Assembly (NCBI GenBank): GCA_020184695.1
Contig: JAANOX010000196.1
Location: 1 to 62,157, forward strand
Direction: 5' to 3'
DNA: 62,157 nucleotides
From: Histomonas meleagridis 2922-C6/04-290x
Lineage: Eukaryota; Protista; Parabasalia
Positions 51,918 to 62,157 of this stretch are shown piece after piece. The position numbers and the translations under genes were made by a program. Positions within the stretch are counted from its first letter, which is position 1. Each line of letters opens with the position of its first letter. A model generated the notes under the pieces. The model saw only the letters and a list, made by a program, of their open reading frames with translations, was not told the DNA's origin and searched no databases.

Positions 51918-53155
51918 CTAAATCTGATTGATAAATTTTTCTTCTTTAAAATCATCTGTAAATGGATCTTCTCAACATTAGCTGTTGTTGATACAATTTG
52001 AAATGAGTTTTGGATTTCAATATTATTATGCTCGACGCTTTCTATCTCTTGTTCTTCACTTAAATGTTTCTTTCGCTTAATTCTAACTAAAAGAACAACA
52101 AGCAATGATATAACAATAATTGCAACAACAGCAGCACAAATAGAAATGATGATTACATTTTGATTTCCATTTGTTTGAATTCACATGAAAATAAAATTGT
52201 ATAAAAATACGAATAAAATCTATAATAAGTCGAATAGCAAATGATTGTATAATCATAATAAATGAATTCTGTTTCAATGTATGTATGCGATGAATTAATA
52301 TATGAAAATGTATATGAATTTATTTGCGTATTATACATTGAAATTGTTTTTGTAATAGAATATAAATATGTAAAAGTGCTTACAATTGTTAATGAAGAAT
52401 TAATTAAAAATGATTCTGTAAATGTATTAGAATTAGAAAATGTTTTTGAATTAGAAAATGTGTTTGAGTTAGGAGGTGTATTCGATTGTGAAAATGTGAA
52501 TGTCATCAATAATTAACATTCATTCTTCGATTCTGTGGTAATATTGAATAAACCAAATGTTATATTTAAATATGTTCGTCGAACATGAACAATATTCGTT
52601 GAAATATTAATAAATGATTGAGGTTCAATGTCCCCTAAATAATATATACATCTAAGATTAAAACAATTAATAAATGAATAATTCTAAATATTCGTGATAT
52701 TTTCTCCAAAAATAATATTCTCCAAATATTTAATATTTGAAAACGAACACCCAGAAACATTTAGAATTGAACCATTTGGTATGAAAAATGTATCATTTTC
52801 TTTCCCTGCTGGATAAATTATGATTGTAGTTATGTTTTTATTATAAACAATACCATCTCCTTGATAATTAGAATATTCAATATTATCTTCTTTTATTTGA
52901 ATATTTCGATGGTTATAACAATTTCCAAATGTATTATTCCCAATTGATGTTACTGAATTAGGAATTGTAATATCATATAATTTGATACAATAAGAAAAAG
53001 CAGAATTTCCGATAGATGTTAAATTTTCACTTAATTTAATCATTTCTAATGAAGAACAATAAAAAAATACTGAAATCCCAATTAATGTAACTGAATTGGG
53101 AATTGTAATATTATTTAATTTAGAACAATTTTAAAATGCAAGATTCCCAATAAAA
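51918..53155 (-). pseudogene. 5'-truncated, frameshifted BspA-like TpLRR gene
   Basis: TIPNSVTSIGNNTF LRRs, CIYYLGDIEP, SNTFSN stalk, TM and EDPFTDDFKEEKFINQI* in broken frames with premature stops. Confidence 0.8.
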
Positions 53156-53471
53156 GCTTGTTTATAAAAATCGAATTTTATTTTCGGTATATATTTTTTC
53201 TTTCTATTTACAAAAATTTTAATCTCATAGTCGACTTTCGTCAATTGGAATTGACATATACTAAAATATACCCTGTTGAAAGAAGGATACGTCATTCCGT
53301 TCTCGTTTATTAATATATCATAGATTTTATAAGAGAAGTTATTCTTAATATAAATAAAGTTTGGAAAAAACTGATGAAAGAGAAAAAGATTTTTTGAAAA
53401 ATGGCGTTTTCATTTTAAGGAGTTTTACATTAAAAGTGATTCATCAATTCGTGGATCATATGACATAAGAT

Positions 53472-54098
53472 CTAAATAGGATTCAAGAAATAATCAAAAA
53501 TTGATTGTGATAAAAGTTCTGAAAGTTGTTGGATGTAATGTATAATTTTAAGATGATAATCAGGTAAAATTCGTGCATTCTTTTCAAAATGCGTAATAAA
53601 TATTTTGGAAAGATTGTCAAGTGTTAATGGTTGAGGAAGAGCTGAAATGTCGTTCAAAAAACATTGAGTTAAATGATCTCGAAAATAATATGATGACCTA
53701 AGGTAACTCCCAACCAACCCAGATGCTATGTCATTATTGATATCTATGAAAGTTTTTATGAAATTGTATGCAAATTCCAAAAATTCCTGAAAAACGAAAT
53801 TTCCAAAACTAGATGGGAAAGTTGAATTCATAAAATAAGTAACGAGGGTTGAGTGTGGTATGTTAAACAAATCTTTGGTTGCATAAGAAATATTAAAATA
53901 TTCAAGAGAATACTTTTTATAAAAATCTGAAAGCTGACTTTTGGATACGGATGTATGAGAGTCTTTTACAGAAAACATTAAATGTAGTTGTTTGTCACAT
54001 TGACTTGATATAAGAAAATCAAGAAACCCATTTATTTTACACGTGCTATTAAAGCGTTTGGAAACTCTCAATGCTTCATTTTTGTAATCATTGTGCAT
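53472..54098 (-). CDS. Hypothetical protein (208 aa)
   Basis: ATG-initiated ORF, head-to-head with the TKL kinase (89-bp gap); no recognised motif. Confidence 0.7.
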   Translation of the reverse strand: MHNDYKNEALRVSKRFNSTCKINGFLDFLISSQCDKQLHLMFSVKDSHTSVSKSQLSDFYKKYSLEYFNISYATKDLFNIPHSTLVTYFMNSTFPSSFGNFVFQEFLEFAYNFIKTFIDINNDIASGLVGSYLRSSYYFRDHLTQCFLNDISALPQPLTLDNLSKIFITHFEKNARILPDYHLKIIHYIQQLSELLSQSIFDYFLNPI

Positions 54099-54187
54099 AG
54101 TGTTTGGGCAACTGCATGTTATGATTTTTTAGTGCACCGAAGAAACGTTTTGACTCAATTTTTCAATGAAGGATAAAAAGAAACAAA

Positions 54188-56953
54188 ATGACAGACGATG
54201 CACCTCTTGAACAAATTTTGGCTCCAATTAGCCAATTTAAAGTGTCTTTGTCCGACTTCAGGAAAGAGGTATCTATTGGGAAGGGAGCTTATTCCGAAGT
54301 TTTTCTCGCAACACATATCCCAACACAAATTAAAACAGCTCTTAAGGTTTTAACAGCTAAAAAACTAGAAGGATCTGCAAAAACTTACTTTATACGTGAA
54401 GTTATGATATTAGCTTCTTGTAGAAATCCTTTTCTTTTACAATTAATGGGATTCACAGATACTTATCCTTACTGCATTGTTTCACAGTACGTTGAGTCAG
54501 GATCGCTTTACAATGCATTAAAACATAAGCCTAACTCTCCAAAATTAACTAATACAGATAAAACAATTATTGCAATGTGTGTTGCTCATGGAATGAATGC
54601 ACTTCATCAGCAAAAAATTATTCACAGAGATTTAAAATCCCTTAATATTTTACTTGATTCAAATTGCTTACCAAAAATCATTGATTTTGGTATTTCAAGA
54701 TTTCATGGTGAAGAAGGGGAACTTGTAACATCTACTATTGGTACACCACATTGGATGGCCCCTGAAATGTTTAATTCTACACATTATGACTCTAAAGTTG
54801 ATGTTTACTCATATGGAATCTTATTATGGGAAATGTTAACAGAAGCCACACCTTTCGAAGGAATGTCAGCCTTTCAGATCATGGCCGCTGTTTGTCAAAA
54901 TGGTCAAAGGCCAGAAATTCCGGAATCAACACCAAATGGATTAGCTTCATTAATTGAAGCCTGTTGGTCCCAAGAACCCGCAGACCGTCCCACCTTTGAA
55001 CAAATATATCAAGCATTTAGTACATCAGCTGTTTCGTTTGCAAATACTGATCCAAGTAAAGTCGAAGTTTTAGCCAATTATATTATACAATTCGAACAAG
55101 CATCGGCAGGGCAAATGCTTGACATCGAAATTCCCGACGAACAAGTTCAAGAACCACCTCAAAAAGAATACAAAATGACACGTCGTCATACTACTTCACA
55201 TAAATCGAAGCATGAATCACGTCCTCCTCTCCCAGACAAAGCTGAGAAGTCTCATCGGTCAAGAAGATCAAGTATTCAAACAGCAAATCCTCCCAAAACA
55301 AGTTCATCACAAAGCCGTCTTACAGAAAATGCTCACTTTAGTGATCGTAGGAGTAGGCAACGCCAAACATTTAGCATCAAGACTCCTAAGAGGAAATACC
55401 ATATGTCAGATTCATTTGTAAATGAAAATTATTATGACCCAACAAACTATCAAGGTTCACGTGGTGCAAGTTTAGGTGATACATATTCTATGAATAGTGA
55501 TTTATCATTCTCAGAGGAATTTTCGTCAATTGGACCTAAAACAACCGGAACGGTTCCCATTGAAAAACTCGAAAATCCAAAAAGCCACGGTTATAAACGT
55601 GCGCTCAGTGCAATTGTCAAACAGTTAACGGTCGACAACGGCTCATTATTCTTCAGATATATTGTAAGTAATTTATTATCACAAGAAATCTCAGATCGTA
55701 CACGAACACTAATAGTAAGTCAACTAGTCAAGTTAATCAAGCGTGAACCCGAATTTATCCGTGATTTAGTTGAATCAAATTGTATTAGTGTATTTCCATA
55801 TAACGTACCATCGGCTATTGATGACATCATTCAAATAATGATATACACAACACAATATTTGCCTGAAGCTATTCCACTTGATTCAATTCGAGCAATCTTA
55901 TCACATGTCCAAGGTAATGAAAAGAAGTTAGTCACATTACTTATCTCATTTAACAATACCATGTCAGATCATCCATCCTTTGTCTCCATAGTTCAATCAT
56001 TTGTCATGAGTTCATATTCATTATTATCATCTGATCAAGCAACCAATTATATGAATGCTTTATATGCGATCTATGTCAAGAACCCGACATTTTCATTTAT
56101 CTCACAAGCATTTGCTACTGCTTTAAAGAGTGATAATCCAAACATCATCCGTTTAAGTTATTTTGCGTTATGTAACATACAGTTTAATGTCAAGTCATTA
56201 CCATTAGAATTGATTGTCACCCATTTCGACATGTTTCCATATGAAGTTACGTCACTAATTGCTCGAATGCCGACGATACCGAACAGCACCCGTTTAATTA
56301 ACGGTCTCCTCAAAGCATCGAACAGTACACCGCTAGCTATCTACTTGTTATGTAAGATTTCTGATTCTCCTAAAGGTGCACAACTATTACTTAATAATAA
56401 TGAATGGTTGACACCTAATCGGATTGATGTTAATCATCAGCTAAGAATATTTTTATCTATTTTTGTACATCAAGAATTAAGGGTCACATTAATTCAACAA
56501 CCAAATTTAATATATTTGTTTAATTCCGTTGTTGAGTTATGTCCATATGATTCGATCCAAGCTATCGTCACGGTTATTCGACGGTTAACCTCTCAATTTC
56601 CGGAGTTTGTACTTTACTTAAGTCAAACCGGATTTTTGAGTATGTTTTTCCAGAATTCTTTCGGACAATATAATGTCGAAATGACACGAATAGGATTATT
56701 GTTGTTAGATAACTTAAGTCGAGTAAGTTATCTTGATGACTATTTGGATGTAATTCCATTTTTCCCAACGATTCTCCAAATGGATCAACAAACGCAAATC
56801 TCGGCGTTGTGTATCTTGATTGTGTTGAGTCAATACGAACAAACGCATGAACTGTTAGAAGAATATCAAATACCTGAAATTGTTTCTAAATTAAAATTGC
56901 CGCAGAAATATGAACAATACCAAAAAGAGTTCATAAATCAGTTTAATGACTGA
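54188..56953 (+). CDS. TKL-family protein kinase with a C-terminal ARM/HEAT-like region
   Basis: IGKGAYSEVF, ALK, HRDLKSLNILL, DFG, GTPHWMAPE, DVYSYG, RPTF. Confidence 0.93.
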   Translation: MTDDAPLEQILAPISQFKVSLSDFRKEVSIGKGAYSEVFLATHIPTQIKTALKVLTAKKLEGSAKTYFIREVMILASCRNPFLLQLMGFTDTYPYCIVSQYVESGSLYNALKHKPNSPKLTNTDKTIIAMCVAHGMNALHQQKIIHRDLKSLNILLDSNCLPKIIDFGISRFHGEEGELVTSTIGTPHWMAPEMFNSTHYDSKVDVYSYGILLWEMLTEATPFEGMSAFQIMAAVCQNGQRPEIPESTPNGLASLIEACWSQEPADRPTFEQIYQAFSTSAVSFANTDPSKVEVLANYIIQFEQASAGQMLDIEIPDEQVQEPPQKEYKMTRRHTTSHKSKHESRPPLPDKAEKSHRSRRSSIQTANPPKTSSSQSRLTENAHFSDRRSRQRQTFSIKTPKRKYHMSDSFVNENYYDPTNYQGSRGASLGDTYSMNSDLSFSEEFSSIGPKTTGTVPIEKLENPKSHGYKRALSAIVKQLTVDNGSLFFRYIVSNLLSQEISDRTRTLIVSQLVKLIKREPEFIRDLVESNCISVFPYNVPSAIDDIIQIMIYTTQYLPEAIPLDSIRAILSHVQGNEKKLVTLLISFNNTMSDHPSFVSIVQSFVMSSYSLLSSDQATNYMNALYAIYVKNPTFSFISQAFATALKSDNPNIIRLSYFALCNIQFNVKSLPLELIVTHFDMFPYEVTSLIARMPTIPNSTRLINGLLKASNSTPLAIYLLCKISDSPKGAQLLLNNNEWLTPNRIDVNHQLRIFLSIFVHQELRVTLIQQPNLIYLFNSVVELCPYDSIQAIVTVIRRLTSQFPEFVLYLSQTGFLSMFFQNSFGQYNVEMTRIGLLLLDNLSRVSYLDDYLDVIPFFPTILQMDQQTQISALCILIVLSQYEQTHELLEEYQIPEIVSKLKLPQKYEQYQKEFINQFND

Positions 56954-57062
56954 TATTGGCAAACCGCTTCTAGTGAGTGATTAATAGTAATATTACTAAA
57001 GATAATTTCCCGCTGTAATATGTTGTGAATGAATTTAATGTTTTTGTACGAAGAGAAAATAA

Positions 57063-57102
57063 TTTTCTGTGTATTTTAATGGTTTTCTGTGTATTTTAAT
57101 GG
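57063..57102. repeat. 20-bp tandem duplication
   Basis: TTTTCTGTGTATTTTAATGG x2. Confidence 0.9.
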
Positions 57103-57712
57103 TTTTATGTGCACATAAAGAGTCAAAAACTTCGTTCACAGGAGAAAAACATTGTTATGAATTTCATTTTTATTATGCTAATATTACATCAATTTTCATA
57201 ATACAAATGCAAAAAAAAAATAAGCATCAATTTGAGAAAAACATGAATTTTTCTTCCTTGAAAAAATGTTATCATAAAGATGTACCTAAAAAAGCACTTG
57301 AATTAATTAAAAAAATAATATAAGCATTTTCATGATGATAATGCTTTTATTATATTTTCATGCTTCAACAATGCTCATGCATATGAACAATCCTGAAATT
57401 ATTTCAATTTATATATAATTGACTACCAAATGTATAATTATAGAATATTTTTGTTTAGTACCAAATTTATTTAATCCAGAAGAAAATAGTAATGAAAATG
57501 CTATGCACTACCAAGTAATTCAAAGAATACATCCGATACTTATACTTGAATAAAACACATTAAGTGATATATTTTGAACATTAGGATTACGCCATCCAAT
57601 GCATAGTAATCAATGACACATAAAACGTAATAAGCTGTTAAACATGTGAACAATTTTGGTTACTCTAATTAAAACTTTATAATAAGTAACAAGAAATATA
57701 AAAAACAGTTTT

Positions 57713-59029
57713 TTACTGCATCACTTCCTGCAGCAGCGGAAAGATTGGCGTATTCGTTAGCCCTGCCCTTGTTGGCGTTGCGCAGTATTTTTGGTTGTAC
57801 TTATGCAGCTTATCATTGATTTTGACTTCCATTTCATTAGATGTCAATCGTGGGTTTTCCTTTAAGAACTTCCAGAAATGATGCGTAAACAGTCCTTGTT
57901 CGATTTCGTTGATGGTTGCCTGCTTGGAAGTTTGATTATCAGCTGCTGATGAAATTGCAATAATGTTTGGAGGGAAAGCAATCGCATTCCTTATGTTCTC
58001 TGGGATGTCCCAAATCGTTCCTGAGTGACAACAATCAGTTAATAAGATAATTCTTGCTGCACCATTACAATTTTCTTTCAAACAAATAGCAAGGTCATCG
58101 TCAACAATATATCCATCATCAAATACCATGACTTCATCATACCCATCATCTTCATCACCATTTGTATCTTTGATATTTGATCCATGCCCGGTGTAGTAGA
58201 CCGTTAAGTTACATATCGTTAACCGTAAAAATTGCTTCAAAAAGTTCATAAATGTATTTGGCTTAGTGTTGTGCAAATAATACACTTCATAGCCCATATA
58301 GCGATGAAAAGAGGCTGTGATGATGGAGTCATTGATTGGCCCAACACCAAGTTGAAGATTTGGCTTATTGTATGTATTAACACATATAAGACATGCATTA
58401 TTCATTTGACGTACATTCTTGGGATCATAGGAATCTAGATTTGTGGCTAATTCGTTCAATTGAGAAAGTGCAGATTCAATTGTTTTATGTTTACGAACTT
58501 CTTTGAGTGGAATACTTTGAATTTGATGATACATGTAAGGAGTTTGTATTTGTGGATAGATTGGATTAGCTGGTGGTTGGTAATTCATCATGATTTCATC
58601 AAGAGATGGATAATTAAGAGTAGGTGCTGATGGGGCACTTGGTTGCGTAGAGTTTGCTTGTGGCAATGGATCTAATTGAGGGTAGTTTAATTGTGGATAA
58701 TTTAATTGAGGAACTTGATTACTTGATTGTGATTGACTTTGCTGTTGGTAATTCATTTGCAGTGCTTGATTTTGCTGTTGGTAATTCATTTGTTGCTGAT
58801 AACCTGTTTGTTGTGATTGATTTGGTTGTGGATAACCCATTTGCTGTGATTGATTTGGCGGTGCATATCCCATTTGTTGTGGCTGTTGGTACATTTGATA
58901 TTGATTTTGTTGAGAATAATCATATTGTGGATATTGAGGTTGAGCTGGATACCCATAAGGTGCCGAGTATTGATATCCCATCTGTCCATATTGCGGCTGT
59001 CCTCCATAATATTGCCCGTATGGATACAT
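57713..59029 (-). CDS. Metacaspase (clan CD, C14) with a Q/P/Y-rich N-terminal prodomain
   Basis: YYTGHG (catalytic His), DGDEDDG-like EDDGYDE, LTDCCHSGT (catalytic Cys), ISSAADNQTS. Confidence 0.93.
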   Translation of the reverse strand: MYPYGQYYGGQPQYGQMGYQYSAPYGYPAQPQYPQYDYSQQNQYQMYQQPQQMGYAPPNQSQQMGYPQPNQSQQTGYQQQMNYQQQNQALQMNYQQQSQSQSSNQVPQLNYPQLNYPQLDPLPQANSTQPSAPSAPTLNYPSLDEIMMNYQPPANPIYPQIQTPYMYHQIQSIPLKEVRKHKTIESALSQLNELATNLDSYDPKNVRQMNNACLICVNTYNKPNLQLGVGPINDSIITASFHRYMGYEVYYLHNTKPNTFMNFLKQFLRLTICNLTVYYTGHGSNIKDTNGDEDDGYDEVMVFDDGYIVDDDLAICLKENCNGAARIILLTDCCHSGTIWDIPENIRNAIAFPPNIIAISSAADNQTSKQATINEIEQGLFTHHFWKFLKENPRLTSNEMEVKINDKLHKYNQKYCATPTRAGLTNTPIFPLLQEVMQ

Positions 59030-59961
59030 TAGTAAAATTTAACCTTCGAAAGATTCCGCTAATTGTAAACGTTATTCAAATTGATTTGACATAAAAACAA
59101 CTTTTTGAATGAAAGCAGTTCTCTTTCGCAAAATTTTCTTACAAAAAGAACTGTTCTGAATTGACACATGTCTTGCAATATGAGCTATACAAGATTCAAC
59201 ATAGGAAGTGTACAATAGATGCTTAACATAAATGCTAACATTCTCAAGAACATATTTGCAAATAAAGATGAAAGTATACACTATAACAAATCTTCAAATT
59301 TGAAGTGACTAATTCATAAATAAAAAATTAAAAAGTTAAAACATTACAAATTAATCATCATGATAGGATAAAAAGAGAAATAACTCATAAATTATTGCAA
59401 TTTTTTAACTATTGCAAAATAGAATGGAAACTCCAGTGGCCTGTGTTCTATGTGATATATGGTTATGGATGCGAGCACTTAGAACGTTGGAATTCCAAAA
59501 TACCAAGCATGACTTAAAAATGCAAAATTATTAGCACTTTTCGATCGGCTTCAACAGAAATATGTTCAAAAAGTTAAATCGATACTTCCAATTTTTTTCC
59601 ATTTTCGATAGTTTTTTAACAGTTATCGACTTTTTCAAAAGATTCAAAATAATTTTTACGACCCCACTTTTTCAAATATCAGAACGCTTTTTTCAGAAAC
59701 CAACACGTTAGTATAAAAAATCGAAATATCTTCTTAACTAAGATTTAACCCACAATTCTATGTTTAGACAATTAATACCATATATATAGCTAAATATATG
59801 AATCACTATTAATGAATTATGATTTTGAGAAAATGGAAAAAACATATTTTTCTTAAATAAACACCAGCGTCATTAGACATTCAAAATCCAGAATGCTGAA
59901 CACAAATCCATGGGCCGAATAATTGAAGAAAACTGTCCAAAAATAGCAATTATTTTTCGAA

Positions 59962-60529
59962 ATGGAGTATCCAAGCATAGATAAGCCTCAAGATAATGCT
60001 GAAAATACCATCAAGAAAAAGAGGAAAACTTTCTCTTATGAAGAAGACCAAAAACTCATTCACCTTGTTCAGGAGTATGGAATGAAAAGTTGGGAATTTA
60101 TTTCATCAAAAATGAATACAAGAAGCGCAAGACAATGTAGGGAAAGGTGGAAATTTTATTTGTGTCCGGGTGTGAATCGTTCTCCATGGACATAAGGAAG
60201 AAGATCTCTTGGCGAAAATCATCTCTCTTGAGTCTAAGTGGTCAATTATCTGTAAGTGTTTTCATAATCGGTCCCTCAATAATGTTAGAAATAGGATTAG
60301 GAATTCTATTGCAGGGAAGATGAAAATATTGAACCTGAATGTGAACTCGGTGGAAGATTTTCACTATTGTGGAAGATTGATAACTAAGAGTTCATCTGAC
60401 TTTATGATGAAAATTCCAAAGAAAGATAAAGTATTAAAAGATGATCAAAACAAAGATGAACCCCAATTTGACCCTTTATGCTTTTTCCAGATCAATAACT
60501 TCTTGAATAAGCTTCCAGATACTGTATGA
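59962..60529 (+). pseudogene. R2R3 Myb-like transcription factor gene with a +1 frameshift at the start of R3
   Basis: FSYEEDQKL...W...RSARQCRERW...PWT*; removing one base gives KEEDLL...KWSII...RSLNNVRNR. Confidence 0.75.
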
Positions 60530-61384
60530 TTTGCTTAGGGACATCCTCAAGAATCCCTCAATAAATTGTGGATTTTGTATGATTTTTTGAATATGTTTTT
60601 CAGTTCTGAATTCCAATTCAATGGCAATGAATAACTATTAACGGTTTATGCGCAATCACAAATCTTATTTAATCAATTTTGTATACATGTCATTTGTTTC
60701 TGGATGATAGTTCATCTGCCGATAAAAATGGATACAATTTTATTCGATCAGTTAACTTTACCCAGAAAAAGCTTTAAATTTGAATAAAAAGTTGAGTCAA
60801 ATGAGAAATTGAATACAACCGTAAGTGCGATTTGAATGTCGAATATTGTAATAAATTTTAACCTGACCCAAATCTACGCATTGAATCTTCGTCAAAAATT
60901 GAATCAAATTGATTCAAAAAGTACATAATATACACGTCATAAATCCAGAATTTCACCCTCAGACAATAGGAATTTACACGTAACTATTACTGAAAGAAAA
61001 TTAGCCATATAAGGCATTTCATTCTCATGTACACGAACAAGGGACAAATGTTTATTAGAACTACTATCGGTTACTGAGTAATCTTTGAAATCATAAAGAT
61101 CTGATTCGAATGCAAATCTTATTTAATATTACAAAACTATAACAAAGACACATAATTTATAGTAAAAAATATGTATTACGCTGTGTTCAAGAAAATATTC
61201 GGGTTGGACAGTAAATACTTTTGGAACCATAAAACTTCAAAGATAATATTGCAAAGTTCATTTTAAAACACATTACACATCCGTACTATGTTTTCCATAT
61301 CTTCTTGTCTTTCTAAAGAAAAGTATTTTCACAATAAGAAGAAATTTGTATATTTTATTATTTTCTTCTTGTTTACTTTATGAT

Positions 61385-62157
61385 TTAATACATCATTGCT
61401 CTTAATTTAGCGATTGATGGCCTAACAAGCTGCACCAAGTTAGATCCGAGAAAGATCATATCGCTGATGGTATTACATGTACTAGTTGCAGTTAAGTGGT
61501 ATTTTTCTCTAAAGATTTCACCGATCAGTACGTTGACTGGACCATCTCACTCAAACCGCCATTGGCCACGCGAAAGAGAACGCAGCAAATGGCGCGATTT
61601 CTGGGATTAATGAGATGTTAATCGCAAATCCAAATAATAACAAAAAGAAATAAAAGATAGGATGGATGATCCTCTTCGTGTTCATGACCTTACATGATAT
61701 ATAATCTCCTAAAAATCCTCCGAGATTATATAGACAAAGGAATAAATCGTGCGAGTAGTGACGCCATAAACAATTGCAATGTGACACGTGATTGATATGC
61801 ATATAATGTACAGCCCGGGTTAAAGAGACCTAAGCATATCATGTTGACAAAGAATATGAGTGAATGAACCCATATCTTTGGGAACCATTCTTTGATATGT
61901 TTGCAATCATTCCAGAAATCACTTAAATTAAACTCGGCGTGATGATTCTCAGCTGCAATGCGCTTGACTGCAGGATATATTGTGAAGAGATAGAGAATAA
62001 TTGCTAATCCGGCAAGAACGGCTGTGGTAATATAGAAGTATTGGAGAGAATTTTACCAAGGCCATAAGTCAAATGCACCAAGAGTATTAAGAGCAACACC
62101 TGTGGGCATGGCAAGAACGACATAATCATTATATTGCCTAAATCGTTGACAATGTTA
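61385..62157 (-). pseudogene. Degenerate multi-pass transporter (ENT/CLN3-like), runs off the window end
   Basis: Hydrophobic helices, HSLIFFVNMICLGLFNPG, LYNLGGFLGDY and NGGLS in different frames, with premature stops. Confidence 0.55.

Noticed and set aside
58654-59094. Plus-strand VIDFAVGNSF repeat ORF
   Set aside because: Antisense shadow of the Gln-rich metacaspase prodomain.
18-62157. Stop-codon reassignment (TAA read as sense), suggested by in-frame TAA in relics
   Set aside because: Well-conserved genes (LeuRS, HECT, BOP1, HAD) end in TAA and have no internal stops; internal TAAs co-occur with frameshifts.
1-62157. CRISPR arrays, rRNA, tRNA, Maverick/mariner-type elements
   Set aside because: All repeats are coding or simple tandem types without spacers. 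No cloverleaf, rRNA-like GC-rich segment, transposase, integrase, PolB or terminal repeat was recognised by eye; tRNAscan-SE, Infernal and RepeatModeler were not run.

Overview
AT-rich, intron-poor eukaryotic DNA in the standard genetic code, most consistent with a parabasalid (trichomonad, probably Tritrichomonas-like). Support: TCAY initiator elements next to ATGs, stop-coupled TAAA poly(A) signals, BspA-like TpLRR genes, DUF3447-type ankyrin genes, an initiator-binding-domain-like protein, and TKL/CAMK kinases. The window carries intact housekeeping and trafficking genes: LeuRS, Hsp70, a giant HECT E3, IST1-like, BOP1, Chibby-like, V-ATPase d, importin-7/8-like, acyl-CoA synthetase-like, a GRIP golgin, a TBC Rab-GAP, a HAD phosphatase and a metacaspase. 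These are interleaved with decayed accessory islands of surface-protein, ankyrin, Myb and transporter relics. The strongest unexplained signal is in the ankyrin gene at 28639-30420. Three consecutive ankyrin repeats are each interrupted at the same codon by a related AT-rich insert (exactly 80 nt between the same flanking codons) with no GT-AG or parabasalid branch-point signal. Removing the inserts restores one reading frame that ends in a CaaX box (CIIS) and a TAAA stop. A fourth insert sits at the same position in a paralog on the other strand. This is a candidate non-canonical splicing or recoding system; it is untested and needs transcript data. No rRNA, tRNA, CRISPR array or recognisable transposon was found by eye.
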